Below are positions 51,412 to 63,963 of a stretch of DNA of 64,000 bases, piece after piece. The stretch spans positions 6,388,001 through 6,452,000 of the forward strand of contig CM075992.1 of assembly GCA_038087875.1 (NCBI GenBank), in the 5' to 3' direction. Both the position numbers and the translations under genes were made by a program. This DNA is from Malacoraja senta (taxonomy: Eukaryota). Within the stretch, counting starts at the first letter, position 1; each line of letters begins with the position of its first letter. A model generated the notes under the pieces. That model saw nothing but the letters and a program-made list of their open reading frames with translations, searched no databases and was not told the origin of the DNA.

Positions 51412-51466
51412 ATGAGGGAGGATGCGAGACAACAACACGGCAGCGCCCTGGTGACAGGCACAGAAG
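51412..51466 (+). CDS. Candidate first coding exon of the RNF220-like gene (MREDARQQHGSALVTGTE-G)
   Basis: ATG in a non-repeat island; donor AAG|GTGAGC after 55 nt gives phase 1, as the 60938 exon requires. No homology support, and a gap lies between the two exons. Confidence 0.4.
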
Positions 51467-52013
51467 GTGAGCTCCACAGTCCACAGGCAGCTCCCTCCAC
51501 CAATCTACATCAGCAGCGGTGGACAACTTGGATGCTTTGTGCAAATTCTTATCAGCAGGTAGTGTCTAATCTCAATGTTATACATTCTCTCTCTCTCTCT
51601 CCCCTCCTTCTCTCTACCCCCTCACTTCTCTTTCCCCTCTATCTCCCCATCCCCTCCCTCCTCACCCCCCCTCTTTTCCCTTCCTTTCCTCTACCCCCTC
51701 ACTCACTCTCCCCTCTATCTCCCCATCCCCTCCCTCTCCCTTCTCTATCTCGCTTCCCTCTCTCCCCTCCCTCAATTTCCCCCACCCTCCCCCTCTTAAT
51801 CTACCCCCCTCTCAATGTCTGTCTCCCTCTCAATCTCACCCCTTCCTTTCCCTCAATCTTCCTCCCTCCCCTCTCGACCCTCTCTCTCCTTTCTCTCACC
51901 CTCTCACCCCCACCCCTATCACTCCCGTGTCGGGTTTGGCATTGTATGTGTGTCTGTCTGTCCTACCTGTTCCTCTCCCGTGGGCAACCGTGGCGTTAGT
52001 ACTGTACATACAT

Positions 52014-52220
52014 GTGGCTGTGTGTGTGGCTGTGTGTGTGGGCTGTGTGTGTGTGTGTGTGGCTGTGTGTGTGTGGCTCTGTGTGTGTGTGGCTCTGTGT
52101 GTGTGTGTGTGTGTGTGGCTCTGTGTGTGTGGCTGTGTGTGTGGCTGTGTGTGGCTGTGTGTGTGTGTGGCTGTGTGTGGCTGTGTGTGTGTGGCTGTGT
52201 GTGGCTGTGTGTGTGTGTGG

Positions 52221-52256
<36 letters not shown>
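52014..52256 (+). repeat. (GT)n/GGCT compound microsatellite
   Basis: Directly visible. Confidence 0.9.
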
Positions 52257-52258
<2 letters not shown>

Positions 52259-53074
52259 GGTGCAGCGGGAAATTTACAAATGTGACTATTTCCAAAATAC
52301 ACTCCCAGACAGATAGATACCAGGGAGACCCAGGCTACTACTAAAAAAAAACCTCCTGAAATGTAATTCAAATTCTATGTTGCCAATTTGCAGAAATTGT
52401 AATGAAACACAATTAAACAGATGCTCCCAATCTGAGGTCCAGGACTAATAAGGCAATTTATTTTTACTGATTGCAGGCATCTTGCTCATTCTATTATTAA
52501 ACTTCCCCTGGATGTTAAACAGATATAAATGTACACGCTGTGCTTGCGTGGGAGTTGCTTCTAAAAATGAACGCTGCATCTGAGAGCGTCTCTACTTTGA
52601 TCTACTAATCGTGCTTGGGTACTGACTGCATTGTACAATATTGTTTTCAATGTCAAGGAACCAAGCGGCTGTGGCGGCGACCCCCTTGTTCTCTGGAGAG
52701 GAGGTGTGGTGTGGGAGAGGGGGGGGGGTGGTGGGTGACTTCGGATTACACTGTAACCACTGCAACCGTTTGTGATGCGCCTTGAATTTGAAAGGGAGAG
52801 TTTGCATGGAGATAAACTCACGGTTATCCATTAACAGAGGGAAGGGTGGGTGGGGAGAGCGAAACTTGGCAACAAAGGGGCCGTGGTGGAAACCCGTTCA
52901 TCAAACGACCTGAGATGGATACAAAATTGCTGGAGTAGCTTTAACTCAGCGGGACAGGCAGCATCTCTGGAGAGAAGGAATGGGTCGAGACCCTTCTTCA
53001 GACTGAGAGTCAGGGGAGAGGGAATCCTAAGAGTTATGGATATCAAGTAGCAAGGAGCTGCAGAAGCTGGAGTA

Positions 53075-53279
53075 ACTCAGCGGGTCAGACAGCATCTCTG
53101 GAGATCATGATTCGAACAAATGAATGAAAGATATGCCCAAAAAAAGTAATGAAGATAAAGGAAACGGCCATTGTTAGGTGTTTGCTGGGTGAGAACGAGA
53201 AGCTGGTGCGACGTGGGTGGGGGAGGGGTGGAGAGAGCGGGAGTGCAGGGGTTACTTGAAGTTAGAGAAATCAATATTC
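53075..53279 (-). mobile_element. Penelope-like 3' fragment
   Basis: Minus strand 53278-53252 reads NIDFSNFK-stop, followed by UTR sequence also seen on + at 54155-54240 directly above a hammerhead-like core. Confidence 0.6.
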
Positions 53280-53654
53280 TGCTTCCCAAACAGGGGACCC
53301 GTTGGCTTCTCCTGTGGTCACCAGTATTTACAGGCGCCACAGGTCTTACTGTGGCTTTAGCAAGGAAGGTGTAGATAAAAGTTAATGATTAAACGCATGA
53401 AGGAAAAGACCAGAGAGAAACTATTTGAACCAGTAATTAAAAGGGGTGGGTGGAAAGGAACTGCAGATGCTGGTTTCATAAGTGATAGGAACAGAATTAG
53501 GCCATTTGGCCCATCGAGTCGTCTCCACCATTCAATCTTGGCAGATCGATCTTTCCCTCTCAACCCCATTCTCCCCCCTTCTCCCCATGACCCCTAACAC
53601 CCGTACTAATCAAGAATCCATCAATCTCTGCCATATAAATATCCATTGACTAAG

Positions 53655-53975
53655 GGCGGTCACGGTGGCGCAGCGGTAGAGTTGCTGCCTCACAGCGAAT
53701 GCAGTACCGGAGACCCGGGTTCGATCCTGACTACAGGTGCTGTCTGTGCGGAGTTTGTACGTTCTCCCCGTGACCTGCGTGGGTTTTTCCCCGAGATCTT
53801 GGGTTTCCTCCCACACTCCAAAGACCTACAGGTTTGTAGGTTAATTGGGTCAATAAATGTAAACAAATTATCCCTAGTGGGTGTAGGATAGCGTTAATGT
53901 GCAGGGATCGCTGGTCGGCGCAGACCCGGTGGGCAGAAGGGCCTGTTTCCGCGCTGTATCTCTAAACTAAACTAA
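53655..53975 (+). mobile_element. V-SINE (HE1-like), full length
   Basis: GGTGGCGCAGCGGTAGAG, GGGTTCGATCC, V-domain, CR1-type tail, (CTAAA)n. Confidence 0.85.
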
Positions 53976-54282
53976 TCTAGACTGAGGTTTATACCGAATA
54001 TGAACACAAACTGCTGGAGTAACTCAGTAGACCAGGCAGCATCTCTGCAGAAAAAGGATTGGTGACGTTTCGGGTCGGAACCCTCTACTTTCAGTCTGAA
54101 GAAGGGTTCTGTGCCAAAACATCACGCTTCTATCCTTTCAAACCCAAACCTTTGTCACCCAACAAACAGCTAACATGGCCTGTTTCCTTTATCATTGTTA
54201 CCTTTTACATATCTTTCATTCGTTGTTCTATATCTCTCTACATCACCGTCTATATCTCTCGTTTCCCTTTCCCGTGACTTTC

Positions 54283-54316
54283 AGTCTGAAGAAGGGTCTC
54301 GACCCGAAACGTCACC
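54283..54316 (+). ncRNA. Candidate minimal hammerhead ribozyme, consensus copy
   Basis: AGT-CTGAAGA(54286-54292)-A-GGGT-CTCG-ACCC-GAAAC(54306-54310)-GTC(54311-54313)-ACC. Confidence 0.6.
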
Positions 54317-54698
54317 CATTCCTTCTCTCCAGAGATGCTGCCTGTCCCGCTGAGTTACTCCAGCATTTTGTGTCTCCCTTCGATTTTACCAGCACCTGCA
54401 GTTCTTTCTTAAACAAACTATCCATGTACCTGTCTAGTTGCTTCTTAAATGTTGCGATAGTCCCTGCCTCAATTACCTCCTCTGGCAGAACGTTCCATAC
54501 ATGCACCACCCTTTGTGTGAAAAAGTTACCCCTCAGATTCCTAGTAAATCTTTTCCCCTTCACCTTAAACCTATGTCCTCTGGTTCTCGATTCCCCTACT
54601 CTGGGCAAGAGACTCTGTGCATCTACCCGATCTATTTGTGTCTATCTTTGGTATAACCAGCATCTGCAATTCTTTGTTTCTACGTTTTGGCTTCTACA

Positions 54699-54890
54699 GA
54701 GATGCTGCCTGACCCACTGAGTTACTCCAGCACTTTGTGTCTATCTCCAGATGCTGCCTGACCCACTGAGTTACTCCAGCACTTTGTGTCTATCTCCAAA
54801 GATGCTGCCTGACCCACTGAGTTACTCCAGCACTTTGTGTCTATCTCCAGATGCTGCCTGACCCACTGAGTTACTCCAGCACTTTGTGTC
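54699..54890 (+). repeat. Tandem array of four 49-51 bp units from the Penelope-type tail
   Basis: AGATGCTGCCTGACCCACTGAGTTACTCCAGCACTTTGTGTCTATCTCC repeated. Confidence 0.9.
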
Positions 54891-54991
54891 TTATGCCGTG
54901 CACTTGAAGACTAACTCAAACCATTTTGGGGAGATCTTGTTGTGGGAGGAAGCAGTATGTCTACCTCCGAATCTCTGAGTCTAACGTCACA

Positions 54992-55508
54992 CTGTCCCAC
55001 ATTCACGACCTAATTGGCGACCTCTGCCGAGTTTGCCCTTGATTCCTACTTGCAGCATGGTCGCCACGAGGCCGTAGGAGGTCTTCGGAACATCTTCCTC
55101 ATGCTCGTGAGTGGTCTCCGCGTACTCGTGGCCTCAAGTAGATCGTGGCCTTTTTCCAGCCTGATAAAAAATGTCCACGAGTAAAAAAAAGGTCGGCATG
55201 GAAAAAATGGATACTTTTGACCGGTAGTAGGTCGTGGCGGTAGTTGTAGGTAGTCGTAAGTCGGTAACTGGCCCGAGAAAAAAATGCAAACAAGACATAA
55301 TTTTATCATGTGATAATTTCCACTCGTAGCTAGTCGTAGTTGGTCTTAGGTGTGGAAGACTGAGGTCGAGGGGGGGGTCGTAGGAGGTCGTAGACATAGC
55401 CGTAGGAGGTCTTTTACTTCGGCGAGTCAACACGACCGTGACATTATTTTCAACTCCTCTAGGGTCTTCTAAACTCGTGGATTAGGTGGTCCAAGTGGGA
55501 CAGGCCCT
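54992..55508. mobile_element. PIF/Harbinger-like MITE (family copy 3)
   Basis: CTGTCCCAC...GTGGGACAGGCCCT|TAA; GTCGTAG-rich interior similar to 56977-57539. Confidence 0.75.
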
Positions 55509-55521
55509 TAACCCTATGTTA

Positions 55522-55721
55522 NNNNNNNNNNNNNNNNNNNNNNNNNNNNNNNNNNNNNNNNNNNNNNNNNNNNNNNNNNNNNNNNNNNNNNNNNNNNNNN
55601 NNNNNNNNNNNNNNNNNNNNNNNNNNNNNNNNNNNNNNNNNNNNNNNNNNNNNNNNNNNNNNNNNNNNNNNNNNNNNNNNNNNNNNNNNNNNNNNNNNNN
55701 NNNNNNNNNNNNNNNNNNNNN
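55522..55721. other. Assembly gap (200 N)
   Basis: Run of exactly 200 N. Confidence 0.99.
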
Positions 55722-55762
55722 GAAGAGTAAGAATGCAATGAAATAGGAATGAGTTTAGAAGA

Positions 55763-55918
55763 TACTGGAGTAACAGTGGGTCAGGCAGCATCTCTGGGAG
55801 AAGGAATAGGTGACGTTTCAGGTCGGAACCCTTCTTCAGACTGAAAGTAAACCTGAAGAAGGGTTTTGACCCGAAACGTCACCTATTCCTTTTCCCCAGA
55901 GATGCTGCCTGATCCACT
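55763..55918. repeat. Fold-back pair of Penelope-type repeats
   Basis: AGTGGGTCAGGCAGCATCTCTGGG...CTTCTTCAG, short spacer, then CTGAAGAAG...CCCAGAGATGCTGCCTGATCCACT. Confidence 0.85.
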
Positions 55919-56976
55919 AAGCTACACTAAAGGGTCTCGACCCGAAACGTCCACCTATCCCTTCGCTCCATAGATGCTGCCTCACCCGCTGAGCCTCTCC
56001 AGCATTTTTGTCTACCTTCGATTTTTCCAGCATTTGCAGTTCTTTCTTAAACACCAAGCTACTCCAGCATTTTGTGTCCATCTTCGGTATAGACTAGCAT
56101 CTGAAGAAGGGTCTCGTCCCGAAACGTGACCCATTCCATCTCCCCACAGATGCAGCCCGGCCGTCAGGCTGAGTTACTCCAGCATTTTGTGTCTATCTAC
56201 TGCCATTTCGTCGAGTTTGGAAGGCAGTGGAATAGTTAAACTGAGTGGGAGGTAGTGGCAAACATGGGGTGATTAATCGGTGGGCATATATTGTGTGGAT
56301 TTAACATGTCTCTAAGCAGAAGTCAATGATCTGTGACTAATTAAGGCCATTTAAAAGCAAAGAGGTTCTGGTGGGCCTATTGAGGAGAATCTTTTCAAAT
56401 AGGTAGTTATTGTAATGCGAGCAGCTGTCTCCCTGAAGCTGGCCCAAATCCCTTTCTCCTCTGCGGAGGTTCGACGTGCAAAACACCAGATGGGTTGACT
56501 GATTTCACACAGACCCCTCGAAACAGACACTTGCGACGCGGAAATCGGCTCTGTGGTTGGTGGGCACGGGCAGCGATGGTAGGATCTGTGGGATGTGTAT
56601 CTCGTAACAAAAAAAACTAGCCCAGCTGTGGTCAAACAAGCCCATTGTGAGTCTTCTTTCAAAGCTGCACCTCCCAAGCGAAAATCAAACAAGGCACAGA
56701 TAGTTGGCAACATCACCAGGGAAACACAGCAACACTATTCTCTTTCTTGCCGTTTTCTCGTCCATGCTATGGAGATGTGCAATGGAAATGGATCAGTGGC
56801 TCTCTCTGCTTACCAGAGTATGGCTCTAACATAAAATGCACTAAATCAGAGGTTAGGGGAGACTATAGATTAGTTTATTAGCATTTTGTGTTTATCTTCA
56901 GTGTAAACCAGCATCTGCAGTTCCCCCCTACACAGAGATGCTACCTGTCCCACTAAGTTACTTGTGTCTATCTTTA

Positions 56977-57539
56977 AGGGCCTGTCCCACTTGGGCGACC
57001 TAATCCGCGAGTTCTGGCGAGTTCGGCCCTCGACTCGTACTCGCAGCATGGTCGACACGAGGTCGTAGGAGGTCTTCGTAGCTCTCCTTCCTGCTCGAGA
57101 GTGGTCTCCGCGTACTCGAGGCCGCAGCTAGGTCGCGGCGTTTTTTTTTCAATATGTTAAAAAATGCCCGCGGGTAAAAAAAGGTCGCCACGGAAAAAAA
57201 TCAGTACCTTTTTTACTCGTAGGTTTAGTCGTAGTAGGTCGGCATGTTAGTCGTAGGTAGTCGTAGTTTGTCTTCATCATAGTCGAAGGAGGTCGAAGGA
57301 GGTCGTCTTCACTCTCCACTATTCGGTGTCCAATTTTCCCGAAGTTAGTCGAAGGAGGTCTTCAACATAGTCGAAGGAGGTCTTCAACATAGTCGAAGGA
57401 GGTCTTCAACATAGTCGAAGGAGGTCTTCAACATAGTCGAAGGAGGTCTTCAACATAGTCGAAGCTGGTCTACAACATGACATTTTTTTAAAAACTCTTC
57501 TAAACTCGCCAATTAGGTCGCCCAAATGGGACAGCCCGT
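56977..57539. mobile_element. PIF/Harbinger-like MITE (family copy 4)
   Basis: TTA|AGGGCCTGTCCCACTTGGGCGACCTAAT...ATTAGGTCGCCCAAATGGGACAGCCCGT|TTA; internal 22-bp tandem at 57348-57479. Confidence 0.85.
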
Positions 57540-60391
57540 TTACTTTAGTTTAGTTTACATTAGTTTAGTTTAGTTTGGAGATCCAGCGTGGAAACAGGCC
57601 CTTTGGCCCACCGAGTCCGTGCCAACCAGTGATCACCCCGCACGCGAGCAGAAAATGAACACAGAATGCTGGAGTAACTCAGCGGTTCAGGCAGCATCTC
57701 TGGAGGAAAGGAATAGGTGAAGGTTCGGGTCGAGACTCTTCCTGAAGGACACATATTCCTTTCCTCCAGAGATGCTGCCTGACCCGCTGAGTTACTCCAG
57801 CATTTTGTGTCTATCTTCGGGGTAAACCAGCATCTGCAGTTCCTCCGTCCACCAGCACTGTGCTACCAGACTAGGTACAATTTACGGAAGCCAATTAACC
57901 TACAAACCTGCACGTGTTGAGAATGTAGGTGGAAACCGGAGCACCCCAGAGAAAACCCACGTGGTCCCGGCAAGAACGTACAAACTCCGTACTCCCATAG
58001 TGAGGATGGAACCCGGGTCTCTGGCGCTGTGAGGCAGCAACTCTACCGCTGCGCCCCCCCCCCCTGCCACCACTTGGTCTTATTTAGTTCGAGTGATGTG
58101 GAGGATCTGCGTTAGGTAGGATAGTGAGGAATTTCCGAGAGTAGAGATGTGGCATCCTTCACATCTGGGTGGTGCAGCGGTAGAGTTGCTGCCTCGCAGC
58201 GCCAGAGACCCGGGTTCCATCCTGACTACAGGTGCCGTCAGTATGGAGTCCGTACGTTCTCCAAGTAACCGCGTGGGTTTCCTCCGGGTGCTCCGGTTTC
58301 CCTCCCACACTCCAAAGACGTACAGGTTTGTAGGTAGATTGACTTGGTAACAATTATAAATTGTCCCTAGTGTGTGTAGGATGGTGCTTGTGTGTGGGTG
58401 TGATCGCTGGTTGGTGGGCCAAAGTGCCTGTTTCCCCCGCTGTATCTCCAAAACTAAAACATCTGCCTTTGATGGAGTATTATACTTGCTGGAGTGTGAG
58501 ACTCGGGTGAAATCCCCACCTCAAAGGCAGCAACAGTGCAGAACTCAACTCCTTCATTTCTGAGCTGTGATTAGATGCTAAAGTGTCTGGGGGTTGCAAC
58601 CAGAACAAATAATCGCGTTCATTATTGTGACACTTGTTGCCTTGGAACTGAGTTGAGGAGGAAATGGCATAGCTGTGGGTTAGGGCCTGGGACCAGTTAT
58701 ACTGGCCAGACGTTCGTCCAACAGATGGGTTTTTATAGCAGTCTGGTGGTTTCGTGGTTCGCAGCCCTGATTCCAGCTTGGTGTTGTCCTCCCTTTAATT
58801 GCTTCAATTCCCCAGATGCCGCGATGAGATTCGAACTCACATCCCCAGATACTTTTATCCAGCCCTTTGTGAATGAACCGCTCAGCCGCCAGGCCCTACC
58901 ACGGCTTTAAACAAGCGGCATTAACCCTTTCACGAGCAACCAACCGCGTGAACAGAATGTCATAACATCATACAACAGTGGAGCAGAATGAGGCCAATCG
59001 GCCCATCAAGTCCGTTCTGCTGTTCTTTCTTATTAAATCTTTTTATTCGGTTTTTTTCAAAAAACAAAACAAAAACATGATACAAAACATGAAACAAAAC
59101 AAAAGAATGATAAACATAACAATGATATTGATACATAGGGATCAGGGTTACATTAATAACAGGTATAACCTAAATATGATCCAGTGTCAAAATACACATT
59201 ACCTCTATGTAAATATAGTTACATGTTTAAAAGAAAACATATATATTTTTTAAAAAAAGATAAAAAGAAAAGAAAAAAAAGAGAAAAAAAGGAAAAAACA
59301 ACCCCCCCCTAAATTAGAGGGGGTTTGCAGCCCAGATTCCGTCCCCACCATTTAGTTTATTGCCACCTGTACCAAGGTTCAGTGAAAAGCTTTTGTTGCG
59401 TGCTAACCAGTCAGTGGAAAGACAACACATGATTCCAATCGAGCCGTTTACAGTGTGTAGATATGTGATAAGGGAATAACGTTTAGTGCAAGGTAAAGCC
59501 AGCAAAGTCCGGTCAAGGATAGTCCCGAGGGTCACCAATGAGGTAGATGGTAGTTCAGCGCTGCTCTCTGGTTGTGGTAGGATGGTTCAGTTACCTGATA
59601 ACAGCCGGGAAGATTTGATCCTGGCTAATCTATCTTTCCCTCTCAACCCCATTTTCCTGCCTTCTCCCCTATAAAACTATCACAATCACAATAATTTAAA
59701 TGATATGTGGACAGGACATGTTTCGAGGGCTATGACCAAGTGCAAGCAAATGGGACTAGTCCAGTACGGACAGCACCATGGCTCAGCGTTAGAGTTGCTG
59801 CCTCACGGCACCAGAGACATGCGCTCAATCCTGACTACGGGTGCTGTCTGTACGGATGTGTGCACGTTCTCCCTGTGACCACGTGGGTTTTCTCCAGGTG
59901 CTTTGGTTTCCTCCCACACTCCAAAGACGTGCAGGTTTGTAGGCTAATTGGCTTTGGTTGTCCCTAGTGTGTAGGATAATGTTAGTGTACGGGGCGACAC
60001 GGACTCGGTGGGCCGAAGGGCCTGCTTCCGCGCTGTATCTCTAAAGTATGATTCTACGATAGACTCAAAATGCTGGAGTTACTCAGCAGGTCAAGCAGTA
60101 TTTTTGGAGAAAAGGAATTTGGATTGAGGCCCTTCATCAGACTGAAGAATGGTCTCGACCTGAAACGTCACCTGTTCCTTCTCTCCAGAGACGCTGCCTG
60201 ACCCGCTGAGTTACTCCAGCTTTTTGTGTCTATCGTCAGTGTAAACCAGCATCTGCAGTTCCTTCCTACTCAGATGCTATGGCTTGCATCTAAGGGCAGG
60301 TGGGACTGGTGTAGATGGGATATGTTGGTGGGTGTGGGCAAATTGGGCCGAAGGGCCTGTTATAAAGCTGAATCACTCTATGACTTGTATC

Positions 60392-60881
60392 TAGGGTTGC
60401 CAACTGTCCCGTATTAGCCGGGACATCCCGTATTTTGGGCTAAATTGGTTTGTCCCGTACGGGACCGCCCTTGTCCCGTATTTGACTGCTACTACTCGGG
60501 TCGAGGGGACCGTCGGGTTGGATCGCCGCGTCCGGCCCCGCCTCACCCGTCCCGACGTAGTGCAGCCCATGGAGTGCAGCAGCAGCTCCTCGCCTGTGGC
60601 CCCGTCGGTCGGCAGCCCGGCCAGCTGTCCGACGTTCGGACCTTCGCTTACCGCCGACACCACCACCCCTCCTTCTCATGGCCGATCATCGGTTCATGAG
60701 TTGGACGGGGTGCCGGACTCAGCTGGCCCGCCGGCTGGGCTTTGTGTGCAGTCCAGCACCCGGGGCCAACTCATCATTCACCCAGCCACGGCCCAGTCGG
60801 TCAACGAATTGCCGTCGGGAATTTGTCCCATATTTTGACCTTTTGTCCCTTATTTGGGAGTGAGAAAGTTGGCAAACCCGA
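60392..60881. mobile_element. hAT-type non-autonomous transposon
   Basis: TIR TAGGGTTGCCAACT...AGTTGGCAAACCCGA; 8-bp TSD CTTGTATC/CGTGTATC; subterminal TGTCCCGTA repeats. Confidence 0.8.
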
Positions 60882-60937
60882 CGTGTATCTGAAGGGCAGA
60901 GTTCGCCAGTCTCATGGTTGTGTGTGTGTCTCCGCAG

Positions 60938-61064
60938 GCAGTAGGCTGGCACAAGACTGCTGCGTGTTCCTGCGATGCCCTCTGTGCCAGGAGGAGTTGA
61001 AGCGAGGAGATGTCCAGCAACACCTTCAGCAGGAACTGGAGCGACTCTCGGCCCTGCAGCCCAG
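60938..61064 (+). CDS. rnf220-like: RNF220-like exon (phase 1 to 2): SRLAQDCCVFLRCPLCQEELKRGDVQQHLQQELERLSALQP
   Basis: Acceptor TGTCTCCGCAG|, donor CAG|GTCTGT; CPxCQxxL...HxxQELExL resembles RNF220 CPICQVLLRPSELQEHMEQELEQL (recalled). Confidence 0.75.
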
Positions 61065-61854
61065 GTCTGTACCAGGGCTCCAGCCCAGCTCCACTCACCC
61101 CGAGTCAATGATTCAATTATTCCTTATTGTCCCATGTACCGAGGTACAGTGAAATGCTTCGTACAGTGTCCGATGTACTGCCCCACTCCCCCACTGCTGG
61201 GTTCCCCCTTCATTCTTGGCAGCCCCCCTCACGCTCCAATGGCCCCCCTCACTCTTCGATGGCCCCCCTCATTCTCCGACGGCCCTCCTGGCTCTCTGAG
61301 AAGGCAGGAACGGGGGGTACTGACTGGTGATGAACAACCATGATCACATTGAATGGCGGTGCGAGCTTGAAGGGCCGAATGGCCTACTCCTGCACCTATT
61401 GTCTATTGACCCTCCTCCCTCTCTGACAGACCTCCTCACTCTCGACCCTGTCTATTCCTCGCGGAATTTTACACACTTTCACCCAATCTCACCTCGGTCT
61501 CCGATACTCCAGAGCAAACAATCCAAGTGTGTCCAACCTCTCCTTGTAGAAATGCCCTCTTATCCAGGCATCATCTTGGTAAACCCCTTCTCCAAAGCCT
61601 CCACATCTATCCCGGAATGGGGCAACCCGAACTGTACATAACACCCCAAATACCTCCAGTCTAAAGCTGCAACATGACTTCCTGACTCTTGTACTCATTG
61701 CCCTGACCGATGAAAGCAAGCTTTCCAAACGCCTCCTTCACCACTGTCAGGAAGGTTGGAACTTCCATCGGGACGAGGGGTGAGGAAGAAAAGTGAGGTG
61801 TCATTCTCCAATGTATTCCTGAAAACCAGATTAAACCGGGCTTGTTTCTTTCAG

Positions 61855-61903
61855 CTGCGAGAAGGAGCTACTGTACGAGAGCACGTCACAGCAACCGGCA
61901 TCG
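61855..61903 (+). CDS. rnf220-like: RNF220-like small exon (49 nt, phase 2 to 0): CEKELLYESTSQQPAS
   Basis: Acceptor TTGTTTCTTTCAG|, donor TCG|GTAACA; bridges the phases of the flanking exons with no stop. Confidence 0.65.
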
Positions 61904-61914
61904 GTAACAATAGT

Positions 61915-62570
<656 letters not shown>

Positions 62571-63879
62571 CTCACTTCTAGAGATCGGGCATCGCTCAGT
62601 CTATAGTTATAGGCAGCATGCTAGAGCCACTGCCTCATGGTGCCAGAGCCCCGGGTTCGATCCTGACCTCGGCTGCTGTCTGTGTGGGTGCGGATTTTGC
62701 ACGTTCTCGCTGTGGAACGCGTGGTTTTCCTCCGGGTGGCTCCGGTTTCCGCCCACGTCCCACAGACGTGCGGGTTTGAAGGATAATTGGCCCTCTGTAA
62801 ATTGCCTCTGGTGCGTAGGGAGTGATGAGAAAGGAAGAGGAACATCGGGACTGTGTTGAATACTTTTCTAACTTTGTCCGTGCCCTTTAGGTGGCCACTC
62901 TTTGCATTCTTGTGTATTGAATGCAAAGCTAAGAATCTCACTGTACCAAGTACATGTGACTGTAAAATATATCAAAACTGGTGTGAATGGTTGGCATGGA
63001 ATCGATGGGCCGAAGGGCCTGTTTCCATGCTCTATCTTTAAACTGAATGATTGACTGACCTGGTTTTTTTTTTTGCATTAGTATTTTGGTTATTGATTTA
63101 TTGATTTATAATATGTTATTGTCTGTGCAGTATTGTGCTTACAGGCGTGTTATGCCGCTGCAAGTAAGAATTTAAATGTCCCGTTGTTGGTACATGTGAC
63201 ATTAGAACACTCTTGTCTCTCTTGAAGTGCCAATGGTAGAAATATCTAATGTGTAGGAAGGAACTGCAGATGCTGCTTTACACCGAAGATAGACACAAAG
63301 TGCTGGAGTAACTCAGCGGAACAGGCAGGATCTCTGGAGAGAAGGAATGGGTGACGTTTCTTTCTGAATCCTTTCTTCAGCCTTACTTTCAGTCTGAAGT
63401 AGGGTCTCGACCTGAAACGTCACCTATTCCCCCTCTCCAGAGATGCTGCCTGACCCGCTGTTACTCCAATATTTTGTGACTATCTTCGAAATTCCTTCCT
63501 ATTTCATTGCGTTCTCGCTCTCCCCAATCCTGAAGCTGTCCACAGCCGGATTTTATAATCAAACTAATCTCCTCTGCCTGAATGTGATCCATATCCTCCC
63601 CTCCCCCGGCATATCCACGTACCTATCTAAAAGCCTCTTAAATGCCACTATCGTGTCCGCCTCCACCGCCACATCTGGCAGTGCGTTCCAGGCCCCCACC
63701 GCCCTCTGTGTAAGAGAAGGAATGGGTGACGTTTCAGGTGGAGACCCTTCTTCAGGCTGTCTGAGCTAGACTAGTTAGTTGGGCCACTTGGCTGTGCCAA
63801 GCACCATGGAGCGTGAGGGTCGGAGAGAGTTGGCGATCTTTGGGATGTGGCCGCACTGACTCATCTTGTCTCTCCACAG

Positions 63880-63963
63880 TCACCGCCGGTCAAGGAAGAG
63901 GTAGACTCTCCCAGCGGCTCCCCGCTGTCTATCGACGGCGGTCACCATTTGGAAAGGCAGCAG
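63880..63963 (+). CDS. rnf220-like: RNF220-like exon (84 nt, phase 0 to 0): SPPVKEEVDSPSGSPLSIDGGHHLERQQ; gene continues beyond the window
   Basis: Branch-like CACTGAC, acceptor TCTTGTCTCTCCACAG|, donor CAG|GTGAGT; resembles RNF220 SIKREGESPTASP...DDLHHSDRYQ (recalled). Confidence 0.75.

Noticed and set aside
51412..51999. 195-aa ORF as a single-exon gene, and the alternative donor at 51558
   Set aside because: Runs into a polypyrimidine tract; the 51558 donor gives phase 0, incompatible with the phase-1 exon at 60938 unless an unseen exon intervenes.
53655..53730. SINE heads as tRNA genes
   Set aside because: A and B boxes are present but there is no complete cloverleaf, and each continues into the V-domain and LINE tail.
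57348..57479. 22-bp repeat array, and the 49-51 bp array at 54699-54890, as CRISPR
   Set aside because: Head-to-tail repeats with no spacers, inside transposon sequence, no cas genes, eukaryotic context.
54992..57539. Similar MITEs on either side of the gap as an assembly overlap
   Set aside because: Flanks and interiors differ, so they are independent insertions.
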